This document shows, piece after piece, positions 48,393 to 63,300 of a stretch of DNA of 64,000 nt (its first letter is position 1; every line of letters starts with the position of its first letter). This DNA comes from Holothuria leucospilota (taxonomy: Eukaryota): the NCBI GenBank assembly GCA_029531755.1, contig CM055976.1, positions 6,912,493 through 6,976,492 on the forward strand, written 5' to 3'. The notes beneath the pieces were generated by a model, which saw only the letters and a program-made list of their open reading frames with translations, did no database searches and was not told the origin of the DNA. The position numbers and the translations under genes are program-made.

Positions 48393-49659
48393 GTTATTAC
48401 TCATCCCATGACTGGTGGGTTGTCGGCGCCACAAAACCGAGCAACCCCCGTGTTTGTACCCACTGTGAGCTGGGGGTTGTAGAATATGCCCACGGTTTCC
48501 CCCGCCTGTCGTAAGAGGCGACTGAAGGGGAGGACTTGCACTGCACTCGAACTGTATTTGAAACCAAACTTGAATCGTATTTATCTAGTTGACACTATAT
48601 AACACATTCGTGTTGGTGTGTCGTTAAATCCAGAGATGCCAACAATTACGATTTTGCCTTAATGATTACGATTTTTACACTGGTATTACGCCATTACGAT
48701 GATGTGCCAAAATCTTACCATTTGCGGAACATAAGGTGTGTTAATATCCTTACAGGCTTTTATTAATAATCCTTGTTCATGTAAGCCTATTTACGTTTTG
48801 CAAGTAAAACTGTAAAACAAGGAGTGTTTAAAATGTATAATTAAAAACCCGGTTGGAGATCAAAAAAGAAAGATTAAAAAGATAGAAATCCACTCATTGA
48901 TTCGCGTTATGTGATGGTAGGAGTTGCAGTACGGACACATTTTTGAATCGCATACGTACAATGCATCATTCATGTGCGTAAAAGTTAGCAAAATGAAACA
49001 CGTGTGCAGCATAGGCTGTAGAATACATACACAACATACGTTAGGATATGCAGTGCAGCTGTGCAATGTCCGTTTCCGTGTACTGCAGTTCGGTGTCTTT
49101 GGTCTTTGGCTGGCGTACGTAAAATCGCCGTTCTACTGTACAATCATTTTTCATGCACTATACTGTACAGTGTGTGCTATGTTATGCCGTATCAAATCAT
49201 ACATGGACAGGCGTACGGAGTGAGATCCGTTGCAACAAGATGAATAGCCTGGGTTTAAGTATCGTAACTTTTTAATGTCATAGACAGAGAACAGCGTTCT
49301 GTGTGTATTATGGATATTTTTCAGAAGAGTTATATGAAAGAAATTAAGGGAAATTGAAACACATCATTGCGGTTACTTTTGCGCAAGGCCATGGTAACGA
49401 TGGGCCGAGAAAATTGTCAAGACCCAGAAAGAGTTACGTACAGCCTAAACAATCGTTGCAAGTAAGGGCTGTTACTTTATAGTTTGTAAAGGACTGGACT
49501 ACCGTACCGCGCGGCTCAGAATTTGAGCTAGGATTGAAGTACAGGCTGACTTATTTATTCCCGATTTTAACGATGGTTTTGTTTGACATTTTTTATGTGA
49601 ACAATAAGTCATAAAATCAGTTTGTACCAAAATATGACCATGTAAACGTAAATGAATTT

Positions 49660-51810
49660 TTGGTTTCGATGATAAGAGAAACCTATGCATTCATGACGGC
49701 GTGTGTGTATGTATGTGTGTGTGCGTGTGTATGTGTGTGTGTTTGTGACACTTTGCTCGTTAACACGATATCTCAAGAAGGGAAACTCTGACAGTTCTCA
49801 AACTTGGTACATAGATCCCCCATATTGAGAGGAAGAACCCTATTGTTTTTGGTGGGGGTCAAAGGTCACCTGGGGTCACCGGGGGTCAAACTCTGAAAAC
49901 CTTGTTAACACAATATCTTGAGTTAGGAAGCTTGGATGAATTTCATACTTTGTATGTAGATGCGTTATGGTATGAGGAAGAACCCTATCATTTTTGGTGG
50001 AGGTGAAAGGTCATCTGGGGTCACCAGGGGTCAAACCTTGAAAACTTCGTTAACACGATATCTCAAGAAGGGAAACTCTGACAGTTCTCAAACTTGGTAC
50101 ATAGATGCCCCATATTAAGAGGAAGAACCCTATTGTTTTTTGGTGGGGGTCAAAGGTCACCTGGGGTCACTGGGGGTCAAACTCTGAAAACCTTGTTAAC
50201 ACAATATCTTGAGGTAGGAAGCTTGGATGAATTTCATACTTTGTGTGTAGATGCATTATGGTATGAGGAAGAACCCTATCATTTTTGGTGGAGGTGAAAG
50301 GTCATCTGGGGTCACCGGGGGTCAAACCTTGAAAACTTCGTTAACACGATATCTCAAGAAGGGAAACTCTGACAGTTCTCAAACTTGGTACATAGATGCC
50401 CCATATTGAGAGGAAGAACCCTATTGTTTTTGGTGGGGGCCAAAGGTCACCTGGGGTCACCGGGGGTCAAACTCTGAAAACCTTGTTAACACAATATCTT
50501 TAGGTAGGAAGCTTCGATGAATTTCATACTTTGTATGTAGATGCGTTATGCTATGAGGAAGAACCCTATCATTTTTGGTGGAGGTGAAAGGTCATCTGGG
50601 GTCACCGGGGGTCAAACCTTGAAAACTTCGTTAACACGATATCTCAAGAAGGGAAACTGTGACAGTTCTCAAACTTGGTACATAGATGCCCCATATTGAG
50701 AGGAAGAACCCTATTGTTTTTTGGTGGGGGTCAAAGGTCACCTGGGGTCACCAGGGTTCAAACTCTGAAAACCATGTTAACATGTTATCACCAGGTAGGA
50801 AGCTTGGATGAATTTCATACGTAGTATGTAGATGTGTTATGGTAAGAGGAAGAACCCTATTTTTTGGTGGGGTCAAAGGTCACCTGGGGTCACCAGGGGG
50901 AAACCTTGAAAACCGTAACAAATATCTCATGAAGGGAAAGCTTGACAGTTCTCAAACTTTGTACATAGATGCCCCATATGAGAGGAAGAACCCTGTCATT
51001 TTTGGTGGAGGTCAAAGTTCCTGGGGTCACGGGGTTAAACTCTGAAAAACTTGTTAACACGATATCTTCCAGGTAGGAAGCTTAGATTTCATACTTTGTA
51101 GTGTAGATGCATTATAGTGAGAAGATGAATCCTATTGTTTTAGTGGAGGTCAAAGGTCATCTGGGGTCACCAGAGGTCAATGTCTGAAAACCTTGTCAAG
51201 ACGATATCTCCAAGGTAGGAAGCTTGAATAGAATTTCATACTTGGTAAATTGATGTGTTATAGTGAGAAGATGTACCCCTATTTCTTTTGGTGGAGGAAA
51301 AGGTCATCTAGGGTCACCAGGGGTCAAACACTGAAAACCTGTTTTAACACAGTTTCTCAAGGGAGAAAGCTTAGATAGTTTTATACTTTAGTAATGTAGA
51401 TGTGTTATGGTGAAAAGATGGACCCTATTGTTGGTGGGGTTGTGGTAGGTCAAACCGGTAACACAATATCTCACAAGGTAGAAGCAGTTTCCATGTGTTA
51501 TAGTAAAGGTCAAAAAAGCAAAATTTCCCAAAGTTAGATTTCCCATAGACTACATGTAGAATACAAAACTGTATTTTTCCAACATGTCAAGATAGCATTT
51601 GTCACATTGGTAAATTGATGACTGTTTTTGGTGGAGTTGAAAGGTCTCTAGGGTCACCAGGGTCAAACAAGATAGGGGACATCATATAGGCAAATTTCGC
51701 CAGAATTATAAATGGAATACAAAGAACATGTTAAAATAGCATCATCGATATGGGACCTCAATGCATATCATGCACCTCAATGCATTTTTGCATTCTGGTT
51801 AATATGTACT
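49660..51810 (+). repeat. Composite satellite element with a head hairpin (ggtttc-gatgataaga-gaaacc, 49662-49683), (GT)n, a ~290-bp higher-order repeat x4 that is nearly identical (49763-50925), degenerating monomers, and tail type 2 (51500-51810)
   Basis: acacgatatctcaagaagggaaactctgacagttctcaaacttggtacatagat recurs at 49763, 50053, 50344 and 50634, so the period is 290-291 bp and each repeat is a dimer of about 145-bp monomers. The tail ends ...caatgcatttttgcattctggttaat. Confidence 0.85.
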
Positions 51811-53082
51811 AGACTTCTGAATTTGCATTTTGGGATATAAGCTGTGGGACTTGTATTGTCACGGCGTTAGGCTGCTAAACGTTACACAGACTGATTGCGC
51901 AATTCTGGGGAATTCCCGCAAGGGAACAAAAGTGTTAACACATCTGTGTGAGCAACTGTATTACAAACACCGTAAAAAATGTCTACAGACGTCCGTTGGA
52001 TTACAGAACAAAAAATACAGAAATACAAAGAGGAAACGGAAAAGTGCTGTCACTTTGTTGCAACAAATTGACAGCACTTTTTCCGTTTTCTTTATGTATT
52101 TATGTATTTCTTTGTTTTTTGTTCTGTAAATCTACAGAAATTTTTTACAGTGAAGGATCACTTTGGGCAACACATCCATATACCCATAAGGGTAGGGTCT
52201 GCAGGGGATTTCCCTTTAAAAATTTTGAAGCGCCATAAATAGGGCAAGCCTGTCTAAATAATCTGCCCAAATTTGGCCTAAATGACTGCCAAACTTAACT
52301 TGAAAATGGAAATTCTTAAATATGTGCAAAAGATTGCACCATTTTGCATCTATAAAGCCCCCTTCATATAAGCAAAATTTTCCAGAGGGGAGGGGGACAC
52401 CCACCCCCTCCCCTTAGACCCCTCCCCCAGGACGGCAATCACTAATGGCGTACGTCATTTAAAAAACATTAATATTTCTCTATGACAAATGTTGGCATCT
52501 CTGTAAATCTCATCTAACTAACTAACTAACTAATCTTTTTGCTCTCTTCTCATGGAAAAAATGTGGTCAGAGAAAAGGGACGAGCGGTGATTGATTTTAC
52601 ATCAGTTCAGTATGAAAAAGAATGCAATAAATGAAGAAAATATGGGCCTATGTTCAAGGTTATAGTACAAGTACGGGACTCTTGGAAAATTTTGGAAACC
52701 CTCGAAACTTTTTGGGGACGCTTGAAAAAGAAAGCTGAGAGTTTCGGGACTCTTGAGATTGGAAGCCTAATGAAAACCCTGACACATTAAATGCTGTATT
52801 TATCAAAACAACAATGCATTTTTTTAATTTTTTTTTAATGTCTTAATTAGCTCCCTGTGATATCGACTAGCCTATGGTTATAGTTAAAAATATTGTCCAA
52901 ATATGACAGCTATCATTTTAGAAACTAGCACTTTCATGTATTTTGATCACTGGAACTCTATTGCATTATTTCTTTCGAACAAGCACTTGTAGATCTGTTT
53001 AAAATTTAGTGTAACTGTCACCTTTTTGGTTCAGTTTAAGCTGCTGCACCATTGGTACTCTTTTCTTAGCTTTCTCTAATGC

Positions 53083-53460
53083 TGAGATATAAAATGTTGA
53101 AATTTATGCACTAGATTTTAAATAGAAGATTGCATAATAATGTGTGATGTCCTTCTTGAACAACTCACATTACCTGCTTTTAGGTCCTTTTGAAATTATG
53201 AGATGTTTATATGACCTTGATAAACTACTGTTTTCTTGCACAGCATGTTGTATGGAGGCAGATTGTCATGCTATAGTCACCTTATAATACGAGTAAGACA
53301 TTGATCAGATTTTGGCACAAGGTGCAGTGGCTTTCAAAGAAAAATAAAAAAAGAAAGACAAAGATGGCAATTTGAGTAGTACAAGAATGACATCACAAAT
53401 TTATTACTCAGTCTACCATTTCAAATTGAGTGAATAAACCTTAGCATTTTATATCTCAGC
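53083..53460. mobile_element. Possible MITE (about 380 bp) with TIR GCTGAGATATAAAATG. A related copy at 34985-35345 has a degraded right end
   Basis: tgctgagatataaaatg at 53083-53099, and cattttatatctcagc at 53445-53460. 34980-35340 aligns over most of its length (gctgagatataaaatgttt...atgcccttcttgtacaactc...tacctgctttt...atgtttatatgaccttga). Confidence 0.4.
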
Positions 53461-53728
53461 TCAGGAATGTGAAGATGGGAGATGAACCATTAGGATTCAT
53501 TTTTGATGCTGAGTAACATATGTATTTGAAATTTAACACATTAGGTATACTCTAAATATCTTGGAATGGAAATTTACAGAAAGGATAATGAAGAAATGTA
53601 TTAGTTGAATGAAGTACAGGTAGCCTAATTAAATGTTAAGTAAAATTAAATAGCAAAGAATCTTGATTTCATTCATACAAACATCCAATATGGAATATGG
53701 GTTGGTGTTTTTGCTTCTTCTGAAACAG

Positions 53729-53917
53729 GAGGCTCGTTTACCAATTGGAGGAGTGTATTCACCGATGATGAGTCAGGTTGTCCATACATTGAGAGATGTT
53801 CCCCCTCCTCTTCCAGCCCCACGAAGGGTGCGTTCCAGTTCTTCTTCACCCCAAAAACCTGCTACAAGCCCTGCCAAATTAACAAGAGGAGGAAACAGTA
53901 GGAACCAGGTGGAACAG
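53729..53917 (+). CDS. Exon-like block D (189 nt, phase 0-0), EARLPIGGVYSPMMSQVVHTLRDVPPPLPAPRRVRSSSSSPQKPATSPAKLTRGGNSRNQVEQ
   Basis: Acceptor tgcttcttctgaaacag|GAGGCT and donor GAACAG|gtaggaat. Confidence 0.45.
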
Positions 53918-54465
53918 GTAGGAATTCTTCAAGCCTTTTGTTTAAATACGTCATATTTGATGTGAGTTAGCTTTAGGCCTAGGTTAGGAAGCCTATAGTT
54001 ACTGCATCTCATTCACATCATCCCAGGTTCATCAGGCATTGTTATTGCACATTTGCTGTCAGTAATAAGTTGTAGTATGTTTTTTCATGCATTGATCAAC
54101 ATTATTGCAACATTCCAATAAAATAGTTTCAGAAATAGTACATGAGATGAGTGTGTTGATAAGAAGTAAGAAAAATAAAAAAAAAGTTTATTTACTGTAT
54201 AGTAACCTTAAAGGGGTATTACATGTGTATATTTTGCTTCTCAGTACTTGATGTTTAGATATATTTTGAAATAAAATGCTCATTTCCCATACCAAAATCA
54301 ATTTACAATACCACAAAATGCATATTTGAATGCCACTGTTAGTCCCTGTGCATGCCGTCCATCTGAAACCCAAAATGTGAAAAACAAATACTTTTTGTTC
54401 AATCAAAATGACTTCACTTTCACAGCATAAACCTGTTAGCAAGCAGTATGCTATTGTTCTATGTG

Positions 54466-55547
<1,082 letters not shown>

Positions 55548-55548
<1 letters not shown>

Positions 55549-55619
55549 GATATATATATATATATATATATATAAATATATATATAAATATATATATGTA
55601 TATATATATGTATGTATGT

Positions 55620-55650
<31 letters not shown>

Positions 55651-55660
55651 ATATATATTT
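55548..55660. repeat. (TA)n microsatellite
   Basis: Direct reading. Confidence 0.95.
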
Positions 55661-56015
55661 TTGCTAATTTGGGATTTAGGCGAAAAACCGTATGAAAAAA
55701 CGCGACTGTTGGGAGAACTCGACCCTTAGGCGAAAAATCGTTTCGCCTTAACGTTTTACACACTGTTTTATATAGGAATGCCCAACTCTATACGCAAGTC
55801 CGATTTACCATATAATGTTTATGCAATTACTTAGCTGCGCACCAACTTACGTGCATGTATCCGTTAACACTAAGGACTTACGGGCCATTGAAATAACGTG
55901 CATATATATCTCAGAACCAAAAGGGGAAATATAATCTTATGTATTTTATTGTTTTTTTCTTCCGCTGGTTGTATTGGTGGTAAACCGATTTCGCCTAACA
56001 GGTCGAATTAGCGTT
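55660..56015 (-). repeat. Second copy of the X repeat segment
   Basis: See 18520-19040. Confidence 0.6.
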
Positions 56016-56479
56016 ATATATATATATATATACCTTACTTTTTCTGCACTCTTTCATTATGATGAAGTTTGCCCACTGTAGCACTAGAATTCCGTTTGAT
56101 GGACCTTCACTTAGAGGCAAATTGTAATGGACTCAGATTAATGGTTATTACTTGAATGTCATAATAATCATTGCTGGTGCTTGTCACTCCAGTTTGAGTG
56201 TGAGCTTTGCCCATACGCAAGCACTAAGTGACTAGTCGGCTGTTCTTGCTGGTCCAGACTTATGTCCTAGAACACATAGCCTAGCCTAGTGTGCAGCAGC
56301 TAAGGTTTAGTTTTGTCATGGTGACAAAATTAAGTAGCCTGAAATACAGCAGCTCAAACAAAATGATTCTGTTTTCAAAACTTTGTTGGTTTGCTGAATT
56401 AAATAATTTTACTAGTTATGGCTGCTGAATATATAGCATCAACATTTCAAGTTTGAAAAATGTTTGACATCAGATAACC

Positions 56480-56870
56480 AGAAGCCCTATTGAGTAGAAG
56501 TATGCTGCTTTTGGTAGAAGTCAAAGGACATCTTGGATTGATTGGGTCATCAAAGGTCAAACTCTGAAAAATTTGCAGCCACATATCTTAAGATGTAAAA
56601 AGTATGTATACTTTTCATACTTATCATGTATTTGAATTTGATTAAGTAGGAGAACCCTCTTGTTTTTATAGTGGTGGAAGGTCAACATCTAATGTTACTT
56701 AAGTTCAAAGTCTCAACACCTTACATTACAGGATATTTCATGCTTGGAAACTTGGGAATATTTTATACATGGGAAAGTGTGTATTTGTCACATAAAATCC
56801 TGTTGTTGTGGGTGAAAGGTCATTTGAGATCACCAGGGGTCAGATCTTTGCTTTTTACAGCTGCAAGCAG
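56480..56870 (+). repeat. Degenerate satellite monomers
   Basis: ttggtagaagtcaaaggacatcttgg...ggtcatcaaaggtcaaactctgaaaaatttgcagccacatatcttaagatg... and ...gtgggtgaaaggtcatttgagatcaccaggggtcag. Confidence 0.55.
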
Positions 56871-57071
56871 TGGTACAGAGTAAGGATTCTTGACCTTTTC
56901 CAGCCTTTGGGGAAGTGGCTTAAAACTGGGGATATACTCACATTTGTCAGATATTGAAATGGTGGTCCTGAATGCAATTCCTGACTCTGAATTTGGTATA
57001 AAGTAGGATAAACCAAATATTCTGGCAGTTTAGAGACTAAAATGGAAATTCAAGGTTTTTGTCTTCCTCAG

Positions 57072-57200
57072 GGATGGCGTCAGGCTATGGTAGTCAGATC
57101 TCAGGCTTCAGATGTATCAGACATTCAGCTGGCTAATCAACAGGAAACAACATTTAAAAAAGCGCTAGCTGGTAGTAGAAGGTTTCAAATCCGAGATGAG
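57072..57200 (+). CDS. Exon-like block E (129 nt, phase 0-0), GWRQAMVVRSQASDVSDIQLANQQETTFKKALAGSRRFQIRDE
   Basis: Acceptor ttttgtcttcctcag|GGATGG and donor GATGAG|gtatggtt. Confidence 0.4.
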
Positions 57201-58559
57201 GTATGGTTGTCACATATAAACATAATGGCCTTTTTTAAGTAATTTCACAAAGCAGTGTTGGAGTGAATGCAGTGTTTGCAGCAATGCTAGGTGCTATTAA
57301 ATTTTGAGCTAGGACACATCAGTAAGTGTACCATACATCAGATATTTGATGAGGACTGCTCTCTGTTCTGATGCCTCTACATTCCTACCAGTCCACATTG
57401 AGGTCAGTGTTAGGATAATCAACGGTTAGGTTAGGGTGAGAGGATTAGGGTAAGGGTAATGTGCGTCGGGCCCTGTCGGTGCGGCTCTGAATTGATTTTA
57501 GGTTTTCAGAAATGTCATATTCGACTAGAACAAAAACCAGCAAAGTAGGAAATTAAATTAGGCTATGTAATATAAAGTCATTACTTGACTCCTTCCACGT
57601 TTGCTCCCCTGAGGGAGGGGTGCTAAGTTGCCTACGTTACAGGCTGTGCATTATATTCCTTGTTCAGTCATATCTAGCCAAAACTAATTTCGTGTGCCTC
57701 GTTGACAGTCATGTTATGTACACAGTGGCATGTATTTATGTAGTGGTGCATTGCAGAGTGGTTGTATTTGTAGTGACAAAGCTTTAGCAACGTTAAATCC
57801 CGGAATTTCATTGCAACCTGAGATGACTGTGCAATTGAAAAATATATCATGGTGAATGTTTGTTGATTGGTTACTGAAATGAAAATTTCGTCAATTTATA
57901 TTTCGGTACTAACAATGGTTTGCGGGCATTTTTTATGAACTCGCTCTTTCGGTAACTCTGTAAGATGAAATAATAGACATTCAATCAAAACTTTTTTTGA
58001 CTTTTGGGGAATGCGGCCCTAGAATCTAGCAGACCCACTTCTCTCTCTGACCGTGGTTTAGAATAACTCATTAAGAGCTTCCTCACATACTGGTCACTAA
58101 CAAAGGATAAGTACAGAACTGTTGTAACTTCATCCCTTTCAGAGAACAGTTTTCGTTAGCAGCCTACTTAGTTTGGAATGCCAGCTGTTTCTCCTATACC
58201 GCAAACCTCACAATGACTTTACTGGTGACTCACGCATGCTAGACGCTGCAAAAGTGCAAACTGCCCTCTTAAGGAACTGCTTCCTATGAAAACTTAGTAC
58301 CTCTAACTCTATTTGCCATAGATACAGCTAGTTTCGGGACCTCTTAAGTATGGATTTCGCTCTTTCCAGTTATTGTCCTCTCTCTAAGCCTGAGATCCTC
58401 CCCTGCGGCCCTCGACCTCTTTTCAGCCTCTCTGTTCGGCCCTCACCCTCAAAAAGTTTGAGAACCACTGAGCTAGACTAAGGTACATAGAGGCTGTCTT
58501 CCTATGGATAGGCATAAGCATTGTCTGTATTTGTATGCTTGGCATTAAGAAATGCAAGA

Positions 58560-59000
58560 CTTAGGATGAGTAGCAGTAAGGGACCTTGTATGTGTCATGT
58601 AGATATCTCGTATTGAATTGATGAACCTAATTGTTTTTGGTTCATCAGAGGTTAAACTCCAAACATCATGTAAATAAATCGCAAGAGGAGAAACTTGTGT
58701 TAATATCATAGATTGCATTTGGATATCCAATATTGAGGACATGATGTCAAAAATATTTTGCAGAGGTCAAAATATCATTTGAGGTTACTGAAGGTCAAAC
58801 TGTAAAAACCTTGATAAAACTTTGAAAACACAATAATCTCAAAGATAAAAATATGTGTCAATTTTCAGACATGCATGTGGGTATCCCATTTTTAGTGGTA
58901 TTTTCCATATTGTTTATGTTGGAAGTCATAGGTCACTTCAGGTCATCAGAGGTCAATCTGTGAAAACCTCCTCACATGGTTTATCAAGTATTAAACATAT
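58560..59000 (+). repeat. Degenerate satellite monomers
   Basis: gcagaggtcaaaatatcatttgaggttactgaaggtcaaactgtaaaaacc and ggaagtcataggtcacttcaggtcatcagaggtcaatctgtgaaaacc. Confidence 0.55.
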
Positions 59001-60994
59001 ATGGATCTTGTTTCTAGCATGTGACTCTTAACCCTTATCATGCTAAGGGCGACATATGTCTCTATGAGGGCGCTTCACAAATAAAACATTTAATATACTA
59101 TAATTTAAACAAAAAATGCTTCCATTCGTTTTTGGCTTCAACTCTAAGAAATGGTGGCGCTAGACTAGAGTAGGTCATTTCTGGTTAGGAGAGGTTATGT
59201 ACATGCAACCTGCAAGGCTTCAATGCTTCAAAAATGAAGCCCGCCCTCTAAAAAATTCAGCATGATAACTGTTAATTAAACTTAGGAACAAGAAGTTCAT
59301 TTATGACCATTTTAATATGAAATACATCTGCTTAATCTATGCCCATCAATTTTGGTTTTGACCCATATGCAATCATGAAAGTGTATGTGAATGTTTGGGT
59401 GTATTTATGTACCATGTCTGTATGTATGTGTGTGTGTAAGGGTGTACATACAAATGTCTCTATATGTGTTTGTGACACTAAGCTTGAGCATATGATATCT
59501 CAAGATAGGAACAAATTCTCTTTATACTTGATACGTATGTGTCACATTTAGTTGATGCCTTGTTGTTTTTGGTGGAGTTCGAAGATCATAAGGTGTCACC
59601 AGGTAAAGTAATAAAGTCCGCCTAGAAAATCCTGTAGATTAAGATTGATACCTCAACATATGAAGCTTGGATACATAAAGATAATTATAACAACAACAAT
59701 AACAGTTTGTAATGTGCACATGTTTACTCTGTGGGGAGCTCAAGACACAGTGAAAGAAATATGAAGAAGTGAAAAACAGTTAGACAAAATCACCGAAAGC
59801 TTGTCTCATGAGATGGATTTGAAGATGTCTTTTAAAAACTGAGATGCTGATGCATGATTTCAATTCTGGTGAGGTGCATTCCAAGACTATAGGGGCAGCT
59901 GCATACTTGAAGTGACCTATCACCCCAAGAATGTATGGATCTCTGTTCTTGTAGGAGGCACATATTGCTGGAATAAAAGATTCTTCGATGGCAAGTAAAG
60001 GTTACTTAGCTCAGAAATATAGACTGGAGCTATCTTGTTGAGTGTTTGAAGACAATGAGTAGAATTTTGTAGATGACTCTGAATGAAATTGGAAGCCAGT
60101 GAAGGTTGTAAAGTATTGGTGTGATGTGGCAGGATTTCCTTGGCAAAGTAACAGTCTATGCAGCTGTGTTTTGAAGGTGAGTATAAGTTGGTATTGTGAA
60201 AAACAGTACAAAAGTGAGTTTTTGTTATTAGCTCACACATATACACAGTACATGTGTGAGGTTATAGAATGGGGCTGATGGCATCAACTTTTCAACAAAA
60301 AGTCTTCTTTTTGATGTGAGGAGATGTTCGGCTGAAATTTTGGGATATGATTGTTTGTCAGGAGAGCATTAACACCTACCTATTTGCATTCCATTATAGG
60401 AAAGTTAAGTTGGGTTTTAAAGCCGTTTTTGTAGAGCTGAGTTCACTGTGCCTGCTGAACAGTTAGCTGTATGTACTGATAGCAGTGTGCTTGCTTTTGT
60501 GTTCAGTTGTTATCCTGCAAATGGATATGCAGGCTGTTTGAAATTCAGTCCATCAACACACGTGTTTGTTCGTCAAGTGGCCTCTACAGTCTGAAGCAAC
60601 TCTGTGGTCAGTGTGGCTTAACACATGAAAGGAAATAGTCTTAACTTATTAATTGTGGGGATATCTCCCATTCTGTTCTGTTCAATTGAGTTGGTCAAGT
60701 CAAGTAATTGCAATTTAACTGTTTTGAGTTCAAGTGCAGTAGGAGCTTTTTGAGAGTCTGTTTTATTTTGATCAGTGCAAACCCATGCAGTGTTTACTTG
60801 TGGAATCGAGGGTGCGATTAAATGTACTTTGCAATACAAAACAGTTTATATGTACATCATACAAACTTTTTTTCAGTCTTGCTCCTAATAAAAGTGTATA
60901 CAGCCTTTGCAGGCTTGCTTGATATCAGAAAATATGCAGTGATATTTGTAGCTATCTGTCATAAAACTATGTCAGTTGCAGGTTTACATTCCTT

Positions 60995-63300
60995 AACACA
61001 TTAGCCCAACAAGAAGAGAGAATATCTTGGATTTGCTTTTTACAAATATTCCATGCCTTGTCCAGTCCGTTAATATTTTACCAGGCCTTGCTGATCATGA
61101 TATTGTCTCTGTCAAAATTCTTACTTCTCCCCAGAGAGTAAAGCAATCTCGCAGAAGAGTGTTCTTGTATAAAAAAGGGAACTATGACCTTATTAATGAT
61201 GACCTTAGGCATTACATGAATTCTATCAGCAGTGACTTGCTTGAAACTTGGTCTGCAAACCAGCTCTGGATGGGCTTTAAATCCACCTTGATCAAGGCAA
61301 TGGAAAAACATATTCCTGCAAAGATGTCTCGTCCCAACAGTAACATTCCATGGTTCCACCAAGAACACAAGCGTTTGGCCATACATAAACGTAAAGCCTA
61401 TGATAAAGCCAAACAAGCTGGTTCCTTGAATGACTGGGAGGCCTACAAGAGCATTAGGCGTTACTTTGACCGCTCTCTGAGGAAATCCTGTAGTAATTAC
61501 CTACATAAAGTTGGTGAGAGCCTATCTGCTAGTGATCCGAAACTCTTTTGGAGGTACATTAAAAGTCTGAGGCAGAGTTCTGCTAGGGTTTCCCCTCTAA
61601 ATTGCAAACACATTACTGCTGTTTCAGCTATTGACAAAGCTAATGCCCTGAACAATCAGTTCAAGTCTGTTTTTCCTACAGAAAACTGTGACAAGATGCC
61701 TACTATAGGCAATCCTCCTATTCAGTCTATGCCAAAAATAGAAGTCTTTGTCCAAGGGGTACTTAAACTCCTGGAGGATCTAAACCCTCAGAAAGCACCT
61801 GGTCCAGATGGATTGACCCCAAAGGTTCTAAGAATGTTGCTCCTTTATTACAGCAAATCTTTCAAAAGTCCATTGACACGGGGGATTTACCGGAAGAATG
61901 GAAGTAGGCCAACGTTTCTCCAATTTTTAAAAAAGGAAATCGCTCTGACCCAGCTCATTATAGACCTGTTTCACTGACATCGATTCCGTGCAAACTTCTC
62001 GAACATATCATATTTACAAGTATCATGACTCATCTGGAGAAGCATAACATCCTTAATGATGAACAGCATGGCTTCCACAAGGGTCGTTACTGTGAAACCC
62101 AACTTGCCTTAACTATAAATGACCTTGCCAAAACTCTTGACAAAGAAGGTCAGGCAGATGTCATAGTAATGGATTTCAGCAAGGCATTTGATTTAGTACC
62201 CCACCAAAGACTGTTAATGACATTAAGACATTTTGGTATTTCTGGCACACTACACTCTTGGATTAGAAACTCCCTCACGCATAGAAAGCAACAAGTTGTC
62301 CTTGACGGCACCACTTCCTCATCTATAGCTGTTACCTCTGGTGTCCCTCAGGGTACAGTGTTAGGCCCACTTCTGTTTATCTTATACCTTAATGACCTGC
62401 CTGATGGATTATCATCCTAAGTTCGTCTTTTAGCCGATGACTGTATCCTGTATCGCGAAATTAACTCAATGGAAGATAGTTACTCGTTACAGAACGATGT
62501 AAATAACCTCTGCAAATGGGAGTCTAAATGGCAAATGAAATTCAATGTTTCTAAGTGCTTTGCCATGCGTGTTACTCATAAGAAGAAACCCCTTTTGACT
62601 TCGCATAAAATGAATGATAGTTTACTACAAACAGTCTCCAGCCATACTTATTTAGGAGTGGATATTAACAGTAAATTAAGCTGGGCTGATCATATTAGCG
62701 GCATAACAGCTAAAGCAAACAGAGTTCTCGGATTGTTACGACGTAACCTGTACAGTTGTTCCCCTAAAGTCAAGGAAGCTGCTTTCAAATCCCTTGTAAG
62801 ACCAAGGTTGGAATACTGCTCAAGTATTTGGGATCCTTACCATCAGGAACATATTAATAAGCTTGAAGCAGTTCAGCGCAGAGCCGCCAGATTCGTCTGT
62901 AAAAATCATAAATATAAAAGTAGCGTCTCATCCATGCTTGCTGACTTAAACTGGCCTTCTTTAGAGGAACGCAGGACCAGAGCTAGGTTGAGTTTATTGT
63001 ATAAGTCCCTCCATCACCTGGTTGCCATCAATTTAGACGGATATGTTTTGAAGACCTATAATAATGGAGTATCTACTCGCAAGTCATCTATCTCCTTTCA
63101 TCATCCCACTGTAAGAAAGGACTGCTATAGGTTTTCTTTTATTCCAAGGACAATGGCTGAGTGGAATTGTCTACCCCCAGCTGTTAGGGAGGCCCCTTCA
63201 TTTGAAGCTTTCAAAAACCAACTACGAAAATTGAACTTGTCGTCCTTGAGGAGATCCCAAGTAAATTAGTTTGTCTGCTAGCCGTTACACACCTACAATT
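60995..63300 (+). mobile_element. CR1/L2-clade LINE fragment (end of the APE endonuclease, RT, and a C-terminal conserved tail), with a 5'-truncated EN, two in-frame stops and one frameshift
   Basis: ...LADHDIV (EN end). KAPGPDGLTPKVL (RT motif 0). [127 protein letters not shown]. Stops at 61888 (TAG) and 62418 (TAA), and a frame change near 61850. Confidence 0.75.

Noticed and set aside
59920-60246. 108-aa minus-strand ORF containing ...NKIAPVYISELSNLYLPSKNLL...
   Set aside because: It is possibly a degenerate fragment of the conserved C-terminal tail of a CR1/L2-type LINE ORF2 in inverse orientation to the LINE at 61-63 kb. It is too short and diverged to call, so it is mentioned only as a probable retroelement remnant.
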